Notes under the pieces: generated by a model
What the model was told of the DNA's origin: nothing
What the model saw: only the letters and a program-made list of their open reading frames with translations
Databases searched by the model: none
Shown: one piece after another, positions 9,926 to 18,594 of the stretch
How positions within the stretch are numbered: the stretch's first letter is position 1
How the letters are laid out: each line of letters opens with the position of its first letter
Assembly (NCBI GenBank): GCA_963799155.1
Contig: CAWCWB010000017.1
Span: forward strand, 980 to 64,979
Reading direction: 5' to 3'
DNA from: an uncultured Acidobacteriaceae bacterium
Lineage (GTDB): Bacteria; Acidobacteriota; Terriglobia; Terriglobales; Acidobacteriaceae
Length of the DNA: 64,000 nt
Translations under genes and position numbers: made by a program

Positions 9926-11068
9926 ATGGAACTTCCGATGAAATCCTCCGCCGGCCCACGCGCGTCGCCACCTTTCCGCACGCCCGCTGCGCCCGCCTTC
10001 CGTCCGCGCCTCCGCACCCTCTTCGACGACGCCGCCGGCAACCTTCGCGGCAAAGTCGTCGGTATCTACGGCGTTCTCTTTCTCTTCAATGCAGGCGCAT
10101 GGCTCTGGGCCGCCGTCGCCTTTCGCCACTTCCCCCTCCTGCTCGGCACCGCTCTGCTCGCCTACAGCTTCGGCCTCCGCCACGCCGTCGATGCCGACCA
10201 CATCGCCGCCATCGACAACGTCACCCGCAAGCTCATGCAGGAAGGTAAGCGTCCCGTCGCCGTTGGCTTCATGTTCTCGCTCGGCCACTCCACCATCGTC
10301 GTCATCGGCTCGGCCCTCATCGCCGCCGCCGCCCTCGCCTTGCAGCACCGCGTCCTTTCTCATCACATCGGCGCGGCCCGCGACATCGGCGGCCTCATCG
10401 GCACCCTCGTCTCTTCGCTCTTCCTCTTCGCCATCGCCATCGTCAACATCGTCGTCCTCGTCTCCATCTATCGCGCCTTCGTCCGCGTCCGCAACGGCGC
10501 CCCCTACGTCGATGAAGACTTCGATCTCCTTCTCGCCAATCGCGGCTTCCTCGCCCGCCTCTTCCGTCCCATGTTCGCCATGATCCGCCGCAGTTGGCAC
10601 ATGTATCCCCTCGGCGTCCTCTTCGGCCTCGGCTTCGACACGGCCACCGAGATCGGCCTCCTCGGCATCTCCGCCGCCGAAGCCTCCCACGGACTTCCTC
10701 TCGGCTCCATCCTCGTCTTCCCCATCCTGTTCGCCGCCGGCATGTCCCTCATCGACACCACCGACAACATCCTCATGCTCGGCGCCTACGGCTGGGCCTT
10801 CATCAAGCCCGTGCGCAAGCTCTACTACAACCTCACCATCACCTTCGTCTCCGTCCTCGTCGCTCTCGTCGTCGGCGGCATTGAGGCCCTGGGACTCCTT
10901 GCCGGCCAGCTTCATCTCGCCGGCAGCTTCTGGTCCGCCGTCCTCCGCCTCAATGGCAACTTCGGCACCATCGGCTACTTCATCGTTGGCCTCTTCGCCC
11001 TCAGTTGGATCGTCTCCATCGCCATCTACAAATGGCGTCGCTTCGACTCGCTCGAATTCGGCGACTGA
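9926..11068 (+). CDS. High-affinity nickel/cobalt transporter, NiCoT (HoxN/HupN/NixA) family
   Basis: 380-aa polytopic ORF with the NiCoT signature RHAVDADHIAAIDN, plus LGHSTIV and GLGFDTATEIGL motifs. Confidence 0.85.
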   Translation: MELPMKSSAGPRASPPFRTPAAPAFRPRLRTLFDDAAGNLRGKVVGIYGVLFLFNAGAWLWAAVAFRHFPLLLGTALLAYSFGLRHAVDADHIAAIDNVTRKLMQEGKRPVAVGFMFSLGHSTIVVIGSALIAAAALALQHRVLSHHIGAARDIGGLIGTLVSSLFLFAIAIVNIVVLVSIYRAFVRVRNGAPYVDEDFDLLLANRGFLARLFRPMFAMIRRSWHMYPLGVLFGLGFDTATEIGLLGISAAEASHGLPLGSILVFPILFAAGMSLIDTTDNILMLGAYGWAFIKPVRKLYYNLTITFVSVLVALVVGGIEALGLLAGQLHLAGSFWSAVLRLNGNFGTIGYFIVGLFALSWIVSIAIYKWRRFDSLEFGD

Positions 11069-11106
11069 GCCCGCCCGCACCCCGGCGCGCGATGATCGCC
11101 GCGCAT

Positions 11107-11274
11107 TCAAAACGACGCCCTGCCAACCGCCAGAGGAAAATCTCTTGTGAAAAAGTCCACCATGAACAACTGCCAGTGATCCCGATCACGTTGTGCGGTC
11201 AAATTGGCGAACTCCTTCTTCACCTCGTCGTGATTTTTCGCCCAAGAAAGACACAGATAATTCCAAATCTTCAT
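11107..11274 (-). CDS. Hypothetical small protein inside a lower-GC insert
   Basis: ORF 11107-11340. Probable start MKIWNYLCLSWAKNHDEVKKEF. No family recognised. Confidence 0.3.
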   Translation of the reverse strand: MKIWNYLCLSWAKNHDEVKKEFANLTAQRDRDHWQLFMVDFFTRDFPLAVGRASF

Positions 11275-11405
11275 CTCGCGGCAACGGCTCCTGAGTTTAG
11301 AATGCCTCGTAGCGACTCCCCCGCATAAACCACGAGTCATCGTGTGTTCAACCTGATTTTGGGCCCGGCCTGAAAAGAAGACGCGCGCTCTGGCGAGGGT
11401 GCTTC

Positions 11406-12047
11406 ATGCTTGCTCTGGTATTCCTGGGCAGATATTCCACAGATCCAGCATGGACGCCGCCGACGCCCGCGGAGAAACAAGACTTGGAGCCTGCAGTGAA
11501 GATTACGAATGAACAGATCGCGGCGGAGATTGCGGATCTCACCTCCGAGGCAGATCGTTGGGTCGCCTCGGCGAAAGCGCTGTTCCTCGAAGCCTCCAAG
11601 CTCAAAGCACAGGCGGATCATTTCCGGCGCCTTCTGGAATTGCGGTCACAAGCGGAGCACCACCCGGGGCTGACCTCGTATGTCCTACTGGGCTTTGTTC
11701 CGGAGAATGAAGAGCCCCCAACCCCCTTGTGCGCTGTCACATGGAAGGGCTTAACTGCAGCACCGCGAGACGTTCGCATACTCCTGACCTCCAATTGGAC
11801 GAGGGCCTTGGCCGCTGATGTTTTTACCTACTTCAATGAACTGTTGGAAGCCTGGGAGAAGATGCTGCAAACCCAGCCGGAAACAGTGTTGGCCATGGTC
11901 GCGGACCTCTCGGCTGGTCCCATTCGGACCATCGATCAGGGCACCATGCACGAAGAGCGAGTTTCGATTCTGGTTCAGGAGAAACTGGGTGAGGTTCTGC
12001 GCTTTCCCGCGAGCCCCGCTCAGATCAGGGTGGAGGGCCTTAGGTAG
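11406..12047 (+). CDS. Hypothetical protein (213 aa) inside a lower-GC insert
   Basis: Only sizeable ORF in the 11071-12140 insert. It has a helical/coiled N-terminal half (ITNEQIAAEIADLTSEADRWVASAKALFLEASKLKAQADHFRRLLELR). No family recognised. Confidence 0.4.
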   Translation: MLALVFLGRYSTDPAWTPPTPAEKQDLEPAVKITNEQIAAEIADLTSEADRWVASAKALFLEASKLKAQADHFRRLLELRSQAEHHPGLTSYVLLGFVPENEEPPTPLCAVTWKGLTAAPRDVRILLTSNWTRALAADVFTYFNELLEAWEKMLQTQPETVLAMVADLSAGPIRTIDQGTMHEERVSILVQEKLGEVLRFPASPAQIRVEGLR

Positions 12048-12140
12048 CAGGGCCATTCAGTTTCACTTGTGGCCGGAGCCCCTGCACTCGAGCCGCCCCG
12101 CTTCCCGATAAGTGCCTGGACGTCGTGACCGTCTGGCGGC

Positions 12141-12273
12141 CCGTCCTCCGCCTCAACTCCAGCTTTGGAACCCTCGGCTACTTCATCGTCGGCCTCTTCG
12201 CCCTCAGTTGGATCGTCTCCATCGCCATCTACAAAGGTCGCCGCTTCGACTCCCTCGAATTCGGCGACTGAGC
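12141..12273 (+). pseudogene. Orphan 3'-terminal fragment of a NiCoT transporter gene
   Basis: About 121 of 133 positions are identical by hand alignment to 10938-11070. It encodes ..LGYFIVGLFALSWIVSIAIYKGRRFDSLEFGD-stop, with no upstream gene body. Confidence 0.75.
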
Positions 12274-12392
12274 ATGCGCCTCTCGCCCACTTGCGGTACA
12301 ATTCTGCCAACCTGCGCATGTATCCTGCGTTCGACACGACCCCCCCCCGCGCGTCGGAGCCGTCTCTCCGCGCAGCCTGAAGAGGCCTTCAC

Positions 12393-12776
12393 GTGCCGAC
12401 GCTCAATCTCATCGGCGGTTGGTTGGGAATGTTGGCCGGCGTCCTCTCCGGCGCTGCCGTTGGCCTGTTCTTTCACCAGGAAGGCTGGATGGGCGGATAC
12501 AATTCCTATCGCCGCAGGCTCACGCGCCTCGGCCACATCTCCTTCTTCGGCCTCGCCTTCGTCAACCTCTTCTTCGCAGCCACCGCAGGCCAGCTCCATC
12601 TTTCCCGCGCCTATCTTCCCGTCGCGTCCTGGGGATTGATTGTCGGCGCCATCACCATGCCGGCGGTCTGCTTCCTCTCAGCGTGGCGTAAGCCCATGCG
12701 GCATCTGTTTCCCATCCCGGTGGTCTCCGTCACAGCAGGAATTCTCGCAATCCTGATTGGATGGTGGCATCGATGA
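12393..12776 (+). CDS. Hypothetical 4-TM membrane protein
   Basis: 127-aa hydrophobic ORF (GTG start). Its stop overlaps the next start (ATGA at 12773-12776). Confidence 0.5.
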   Translation: MPTLNLIGGWLGMLAGVLSGAAVGLFFHQEGWMGGYNSYRRRLTRLGHISFFGLAFVNLFFAATAGQLHLSRAYLPVASWGLIVGAITMPAVCFLSAWRKPMRHLFPIPVVSVTAGILAILIGWWHR

Positions 12777-14173
12777 AGCTCGGTCTCATCGCCATGAGTG
12801 GAGTTCGCGCGCACAACCCCGAACTCACCGCGCTTGGCCTCACGCTTCCCGGCTTCGTCGAGCGCAACAAGGTCATCGCTTCACTGCCCAGCCTCGGCCT
12901 CCTCACGCTCGCCGGCCTCACGCCCGCCGAAATCGATCTGCGCTACCTCGAAGTTCCCGACATCCAGGCCTTCCCCGGCGTCCCTGAAGAATTCGACGTC
13001 GTCGGCATCTCCAGCTTCTCCGCGCAAATCCACGAGGCTTACGAGCTGGCCGACCGCTACCGCCTCCTCGGCACGCGCGTCATCCTCGGCGGCCTCCACG
13101 TCAGCGCCCTGCCCCACGAAGCCCGCCTTCACGCCGACGCCGTTGTCATCGGCGAGGGCGAGCCCGTTTGGCCCGCCATCATGGCCGATCTCCTCTCTCC
13201 CGCCGGCCTCAAGCCCGTCTACGATGCGCGCTCCCTCGACTACTACTTCGCTCGCTCCCCCATGCCGCGCTTCGATCTCCTCGACATCGATCGCTACAAT
13301 CGGCTCACCGTGCAAACCCAGCGCGGCTGCCCCTTCCGCTGCGAGTTCTGCGCCGCCTCCATTCGCATCTCGCCCACCTACAAGATCAAGCCTGTCGACC
13401 GCGTCCTCGCAGAAATCCACGCCATCAAGGCCCTGTGGAAGCGCCCCTTCATCGAATTCGCCGACGACAACACTTTCGTCAACAAGGCCCACTCCAAGCA
13501 GCTCCTACGCGCGCTCGCCCGCGAAGACGTCCGCTGGTTCACTGAAAGCGATCTCTCCGTCGCCGACGACGAGGAGGTGCTCGACCTGCTCCGTGATGCC
13601 GGCTGCGCTGAAATCCTCATCGGCTTCGAAGACACAACCTTCAGCGCCGTCGACGGCATCGAGCAGCGAGACAATTGGAAAGCTAAGCGCGTCGACACCT
13701 ACCTCGAAGCGATTCACAAAATCCAGGACCGCGGCGTGCGCGTGAACGGCTGCTTCATCCTCGGCCTCGATGGCGCCGACCCCGACTCCTTCGACCAGAT
13801 CTGGGAATTTGTCCAGGCCAGCGGCCTCTACGATGTGCAGATCACCGTGCAGACCCCATTTCCCGGCACGCCGCTCTACCAGCGCCTCAAGCGCGATGGC
13901 CGCATCCTGCGCGACGAGGCCTGGGAACTCTGCACCCTCTTCGACGTCAACTTCCAGCCCTCCAAAATGTCCGTCGCCGACCTTGAAGCCGGCCTGCGCA
14001 CGCTCGGCAGCCGCATCTACTCTGAGGACTCCACCGCCAAGCGCCGCCAGGACTTTCGCCGCAACTTCATCGCCAAGCACCGCCAATCAACCCCGTTCTC
14101 CAACGGCAGGTCTTCGTCGTTGGGGCGGAAAACCAAAGAATCACGAGGTGAACATGTCCACAAAATGGATTAA
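12773..14173 (+). CDS. B12-binding-domain radical SAM enzyme (class B)
   Basis: Has the CxxxCxxC motif in QTQRGCPFRCEFCAASI. The N-terminal Rossmann-like region (VVGISSFSAQIHEAYELADRYRLLGTRVILGGLHVS) is typical of cobalamin-binding rSAM proteins. The last ~25 codons run into an R4 repeat module. Confidence 0.8.
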   Translation: MKLGLIAMSGVRAHNPELTALGLTLPGFVERNKVIASLPSLGLLTLAGLTPAEIDLRYLEVPDIQAFPGVPEEFDVVGISSFSAQIHEAYELADRYRLLGTRVILGGLHVSALPHEARLHADAVVIGEGEPVWPAIMADLLSPAGLKPVYDARSLDYYFARSPMPRFDLLDIDRYNRLTVQTQRGCPFRCEFCAASIRISPTYKIKPVDRVLAEIHAIKALWKRPFIEFADDNTFVNKAHSKQLLRALAREDVRWFTESDLSVADDEEVLDLLRDAGCAEILIGFEDTTFSAVDGIEQRDNWKAKRVDTYLEAIHKIQDRGVRVNGCFILGLDGADPDSFDQIWEFVQASGLYDVQITVQTPFPGTPLYQRLKRDGRILRDEAWELCTLFDVNFQPSKMSVADLEAGLRTLGSRIYSEDSTAKRRQDFRRNFIAKHRQSTPFSNGRSSSLGRKTKESRGEHVHKMD

Positions 14174-14534
14174 GGTCCTCTTCATCGTCGCCGCCATCTA
14201 CGACCTTTCGCTCGGCATTGCTTCAATCGTCGCCGCTCCACAAATCTTTCGCTGGGCGCACGTCACGCCGCCCAACCACTGGGGATACGTGTACTTCCCG
14301 GCGCTGTTGGTCGTCATGTTCGGCGTCATGTTCCTGCGCATCGCCGCCGATCCCGTCGGCCGCCTCGAACTGATTCACTACGGCATGGGCCTCAAGGCCT
14401 CATACTGCGGCGTGGTCTTCTGGTACATGATCATCGGCAGCGTGCCCACTCTCTGGATCCCGTTTGCCTGGGCCGACCTCGCCCTCTTCATCCTCTTCTT
14501 CTTGGCGTGGAAGAAACTCAGGCCCAAAGCATAA
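14154..14534 (+). CDS. Hypothetical 4-TM membrane protein
   Basis: ATG at 14154 is preceded by GAGGTG. Sequence MSTKWIKVLFIVAAIYDLSLGIASIVAAPQ.. is hydrophobic throughout. It overlaps the rSAM 3' end by 20 nt. Confidence 0.55.
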   Translation: MSTKWIKVLFIVAAIYDLSLGIASIVAAPQIFRWAHVTPPNHWGYVYFPALLVVMFGVMFLRIAADPVGRLELIHYGMGLKASYCGVVFWYMIIGSVPTLWIPFAWADLALFILFFLAWKKLRPKA

Positions 14535-14599
14535 GCTCGATCGAAAGATCGCCTTCACCTTGCACCGCAATTCACTTGCCGCCGTTGAGGCAGCTTTCG

Positions 14600-16156
14600 T
14601 CATTGCCCGGCAAAGATCTCCCGCGTTGCGTCGCCGGCCGCCGCAAGGTTCGCTAGCCACATCTCTGTGTACTCCCTCGCTAGAACCACGCCGTCGCCTC
14701 CGGCAGCAAAGGCCGCGCGCACCTCGGCCTTCACGCCTTCTGGCGTCGTCTGCTTCCAGCCGGGCTGAACCGGAACATTGATATCGACGCTGGGGTAGAT
14801 TTGAATGGAATGTCCGGTGTCCGCGATGGCGCGCCTGGTCTCGCGCGCAATATAGTCGACGGAAAGGCCCGTGGCCGCGAGTTTGTCGAACGGCGCCTCG
14901 TCGTAGCCCATCATCTTGAAATACACCGGCGTCAATTCCTCCGGCGTGGCATCGGCAAAGACGGTCGAGCACAGCCTTTCGATAAAACCTGCCATGCGCC
15001 CGCCGCCGGCATTGTTATAGGTCGCGATCTTGATGAAGTCGGAATAATTCTTGATCGCTGCGTAGTCGTCTGCCGCGCTATAGAACGGGCTGAACGTGAT
15101 GTTCTGCATCATATGAAAACCGAACGGCTTTCCCGGCGCGATGGCCTTCGCCGTCCTGTACAGCGCCGAGCGCGTCTGGTGATAGCTGTCATGCCACATG
15201 CGGTGCCAGGCCGGCACCTCCGGATACTCGATGAGAATTCTCCAGAAAGTGATGAAATACCCGTCGGCGGGGCGCTGCCGATTGCCCGCCGCCTGAAACA
15301 ACCGATCGAGCCGGATAAACCCTTCCTGCGCTCTTTCGACGGAGATGCCGCGGTCTCTGGCTTTGGCGCGGCAATAGGGGCAGAAGCAGGAGATCCCGCT
15401 TGTCGCCCAGCCGCCGCCGATCAGGTTATCCAGCGGGCCCATGCGCTCGCAGCCCCAGATGATGCCCGCCACCTGATCGGGGTAGCCGGAGAGATACGAT
15501 TCGATCCTGCCGGTGAGCAGCGCGCGGTAGTCAGGATGGTTCCAGCACGCGCTGTCGGTGCGCCTGCCGTAGACGTCGATCTCCGCCACCTCGGTCAGTC
15601 CCGGAATCAGCCGCATCATGTTGGCGTTGGTGTTGTTGTAGTCGAAGGCGAAGAAATGCATGCCCCGCGCCTTCATCTTCGGCGCCACTTCGCCGATCAC
15701 ATTGAATCGGCTGGCCGCATGAAATTCCTTGAGCCTCGTGTCGGCGAAATATTTCAAATCGTAGTCGTAAAACGCGCCGCCAATCTCCGGATTCGCCTTG
15801 CTATACGTTCCGTGGTCTGGGAGCGGAATCTTGCCGCTCACATCGGTCGCTTCAGAGTTGAACGTGAAGGCGAACACGGTATTCACGTTGCCCTTCTGCT
15901 GCAGGTTGTCGAGCAGAGATTCGATTCCTTCATCCTGCCAGGCATACGCCTTCACCTGGGTCGCCACAAGGTTCTTCCGGTTGATGGTCTTCGACGCGCC
16001 CGGCGAAGCCGGTTCCAACCCTTTCGGCGAAGCCGGTTCCAACGCGTTCGGGGAAGCCTGCACCGCGCTCGCCTGCGCGCGCGAAGGCAGACTGCTGGCC
16101 GATGACAAGGCGGCAAGCAATTGCACAAACCGCCGCCTCGTGACTTCGAAACGCAT
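14600..16156 (-). CDS. Tat-signal secreted protein, unknown function (possibly a TIM-barrel glycosidase-like fold)
   Basis: 518-aa ORF with twin-arginine N-terminus MRFEVTRRRFVQLLAALSS. A 24-bp tandem duplication at about 16009-16056 encodes LEPASPKGLEPASPG. Confidence 0.6.
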   Translation of the reverse strand: MRFEVTRRRFVQLLAALSSASSLPSRAQASAVQASPNALEPASPKGLEPASPGASKTINRKNLVATQVKAYAWQDEGIESLLDNLQQKGNVNTVFAFTFNSEATDVSGKIPLPDHGTYSKANPEIGGAFYDYDLKYFADTRLKEFHAASRFNVIGEVAPKMKARGMHFFAFDYNNTNANMMRLIPGLTEVAEIDVYGRRTDSACWNHPDYRALLTGRIESYLSGYPDQVAGIIWGCERMGPLDNLIGGGWATSGISCFCPYCRAKARDRGISVERAQEGFIRLDRLFQAAGNRQRPADGYFITFWRILIEYPEVPAWHRMWHDSYHQTRSALYRTAKAIAPGKPFGFHMMQNITFSPFYSAADDYAAIKNYSDFIKIATYNNAGGGRMAGFIERLCSTVFADATPEELTPVYFKMMGYDEAPFDKLAATGLSVDYIARETRRAIADTGHSIQIYPSVDINVPVQPGWKQTTPEGVKAEVRAAFAAGGDGVVLAREYTEMWLANLAAAGDATREIFAGQ

Positions 16157-16405
16157 CGCGTATCCCCCTTTCGGCGAAAAGCCGCTGAAAGGCCGAAGCT
16201 AGTTGCAGGTGGCGCCTGGGACCCTGCTGCGCATGGGCCAAGCGGGTGAGCAAGGCGCCGGCTGGAAGAGTCCCTTCGCCGCAAGCTCCAGCTTACGCGG
16301 CGGGCGGCACGCGCACCGGCGTTGGTCCGCGGCAATCCCACATCTCATCCGCCGCGGCGGACGAGACGTGGGACGCGCGGATTTTTGTTTTTGGGGAAGA
16401 CGGTG

Positions 16406-17212
16406 TTATTTCGATGCGGTGATCTGGTCTTCCACCTTGTAAACGACCGTATGTTCGATGGTGCAGGCCTTGTCCAATACCGTAAAGGCATCGTTGGGGG
16501 TCATCTCGGGATGCACCTTCTTCCAGCGGGTGATGAAGTCGGGTCCGAAGTAGTTAAACATCGAGTCCCAGGTGGGGAAGATGTCCACGGTGCTCACGCG
16601 GCTGGGGTCTTTCTCGCCGCGAGGCTCGATCTGTATGTTCACCGCCCAGCCGTCCTGCGCGCCCTCTTTCACACCTTCCTCGGCGAACGGCTGCCATAGC
16701 CTCTTTTGCGCGGCGACGCACTGGCCCGCGTCGGTTGCGCGCATGGAGTTGAAGACCAGGTAGTCACCCTTTTTCGAGCCGCCAACCAGCGCCTGATATT
16801 GGGTGATGTTGTTGGAGACCAGCTCGCCGACCGCGGAGAGGCGATCGCGCCACTCCTGCAGCGTGGAGGTGACGCCGGCTTTTTGCAAGACGGCCGTCAT
16901 CTCCTCGTCACTGAGAGGCGCAGTAGGCAGGCCAGGGTAGAACGAAACGAAAACGTAGTCGCACTTCGCATCGGTCCCCGCGGGGATGACGGTGCGCAGC
17001 GCAATCCAGGTTGAGATCGCTCCCGAGTCAACGCGCGCCTGCTCAACCTTAAGGTAGTCTCCGTTGAGAAGAGCGTGAAAGGCAGCGGATTGCCCGGGTT
17101 TGACCCGGACACAGGAAATGCTGTGATATCCAACCGGCGCTTGTTGAGCAACAAGTGTCACGGAAAGCACCGCAGCCAGCGCGGCGCCCCAAGCCATATG
17201 ACGTATTCCCAT
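16406..17212 (-). CDS. Hypothetical secreted protein
   Basis: ORF 16406-17290. The likely start MGIRHMAWGAALAAVLSVTLVAQQ is signal-peptide-like. Confidence 0.5.
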   Translation of the reverse strand: MGIRHMAWGAALAAVLSVTLVAQQAPVGYHSISCVRVKPGQSAAFHALLNGDYLKVEQARVDSGAISTWIALRTVIPAGTDAKCDYVFVSFYPGLPTAPLSDEEMTAVLQKAGVTSTLQEWRDRLSAVGELVSNNITQYQALVGGSKKGDYLVFNSMRATDAGQCVAAQKRLWQPFAEEGVKEGAQDGWAVNIQIEPRGEKDPSRVSTVDIFPTWDSMFNYFGPDFITRWKKVHPEMTPNDAFTVLDKACTIEHTVVYKVEDQITASK

Positions 17213-17386
17213 CGCAAGACCTCCTTGGTCTTTGTTGTTGTTTCGGGTTTGGTGTGTGATGCTCGACTTTCGACTTGGCAGGGGAGGCAAACTTGAACGA
17301 TGACTGTGCTCCGGGGAAGATTTTTGGGCTGGCCGCCCGGCCCGTAACTCCGCCAGCGCCGCTCACTCCGCTAGCTCCGCTGCTTC

Positions 17387-18136
17387 TCAGCTTTTGAGCC
17401 AGTCTTTCACTTTCTGCACCATCACGTCGCGGCTGATGTCGGAGATGGCGTTGGTGAGCGGAATCAGCTTGGGGCAGGCCTTCACGCAGTTCTGCGCGTA
17501 GCCGCACTCCTGGATGCCGCCGTCGCCAGCCAGCGCTCTCAGGCGGTCTTCCTTGAAGACCTTGCCCGTGGGATGGTTGTTGAACAGCTTGACCTGCGCA
17601 ATCGTGGCCGCGCCCACGAAGCCCGTCGTCTCGTTGAACTGCGGGCAGACCTCCATGCAGCAGGTGCAGGAAATGCAATTCGAGAGCGGATAATTCGCCT
17701 CCTGCTGCTGCGGATAGACGCGCGGCCCCGAGCCGAGATCGTAGGTCCCATCCACCGGTACCCACGCTTTCACGCGCATCAGGTTTTCAAACAGAACCGA
17801 CCGGTCAACTTGCAGATCGCGCACCAGCGGAAACTTCGTGAGCGGCTCGACGCGGATGGGCTGGTCCAGATTGTCAACGAGCGCAGAGCAGGCCATGCGC
17901 GCGCGGCCGTTGATCCTCATCGTGCACGACCCGCAGATCTCCTCCAGGCAATTCGAGTCGTAGGTGATCGGCGTGGTCGGCTTGCCGTCGGCGGTCACAG
18001 GGTTCGTGGCGATCTCCATCATCGCCGAGACAACATTCATCCCCGGCCGCCACTCCAGCTCAAACCGCTCCCACACCGCCGGCGCCTCCGGGCCGGCCTG
18101 GCGCTTGATTTCGAAAGTGACTGTCCTCGTCGCCAT
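17387..18136 (-). CDS. sdhB: Succinate dehydrogenase/fumarate reductase iron-sulfur subunit
   Basis: 249 aa with Cys clusters CLEEICGSCTMRINGRARMAC, CISCTCCMEVCP and CGYAQNCVKACP. Confidence 0.9.
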   Translation of the reverse strand: MATRTVTFEIKRQAGPEAPAVWERFELEWRPGMNVVSAMMEIATNPVTADGKPTTPITYDSNCLEEICGSCTMRINGRARMACSALVDNLDQPIRVEPLTKFPLVRDLQVDRSVLFENLMRVKAWVPVDGTYDLGSGPRVYPQQQEANYPLSNCISCTCCMEVCPQFNETTGFVGAATIAQVKLFNNHPTGKVFKEDRLRALAGDGGIQECGYAQNCVKACPKLIPLTNAISDISRDVMVQKVKDWLKS

Positions 18137-18142
18137 ATTTTT

Positions 18143-18562
18143 CCTAATCCGATTCAGAGTCGATTAAATGCAACTCACTTGCGAAATTCTGTTCGATAAT
18201 ACCGATCTTGCCACCTGGAACCTTGACGAAGCCTCCGACAACTGGCCAGACGAGGGATAAGACTGCAAGGCCCCAGTGATGATGCACCGCCTGAATGATG
18301 GAACATATGACAGCGACGACATATTCCCGGGGTTAATAATCGTCGAAGCAAAATTCGCAATTCTCAAATTGTGAAACCTATATCTAAATGGTGCCCAAAT
18401 CACATTGGCAATGAGCAGCCCTAGGAGCACCTTCCACCACGCAAGCCAAAGGAAGGCAATTGGAGCTAGCACCAGTGAGAGAAACGAGGGCCAACTGCAC
18501 CACTCTATAGCCCGTAGCCATAACATCCTTCGTATCTCCGCTTCGGTCCATTCGACTGTCAT
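18143..18562 (-). pseudogene. Small AT-rich membrane-protein gene inserted between sdhA and sdhB; one apparent frameshift
   Basis: ORF 18164-18562 reads MTVEWTEAEIRRMLWLRAIEWCSWPSFLSLVLAPIAFLWLAWWKVLLGLLIANVIW... After the cccgggg run (18326-18332) a different frame continues with protein-like EYVVAVICSIIQAVHHHWGLAVLSLVWPVVGGFVKVPGGKIGIIEQNF.. to a TAG at 18143. A hand count of 18161-18220 gives 25/60 G+C, against 41/60 for 18061-18120. Confidence 0.45.
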
Positions 18563-18594
18563 AGATCGTTTCTAACTGTGTCTACTTCGCTGCG

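Noticed and set aside
7827-11110. Long minus-strand ORFs 7827-9071 (414 aa) and 9824-11110 (428 aa)
   Set aside because: They lie antisense to the lactate permease and NiCoT genes. Their products are Gly/Asp/Glu/Ala-rich low-complexity sequence typical of shadow ORFs in high-GC DNA, with no recognisable domains.
12165-12380. ORF 12165-12380 (71 aa) over the orphan NiCoT fragment
   Set aside because: It is out of frame relative to the conserved transporter C-terminus and has low-complexity Ser/Pro composition.
12773-14173. Assigning the radical SAM gene to hopanoid enzymes HpnH/HpnJ/HpnP/HpnR
   Set aside because: It lies about 28 kb from the hpn genes with unrelated genes between. Its N-terminal sequence does not match what I recall of HpnJ or HpnH. 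No subfamily-diagnostic motif can be verified without an HMM search.
14801-16105. ORF 14801-16105 plus (434 aa). Analogous antisense ORFs: 34781-35812, 41870-43240, 43258-43968, 47610-48623, 59026-60462
   Set aside because: Each lies opposite a well-supported gene: the Tat-signal secreted protein, GH39, both ADHs, the ExeA-like ATPase and DUF1501. Each has Arg/Gly/Ala/Asp-rich composition and no motifs.
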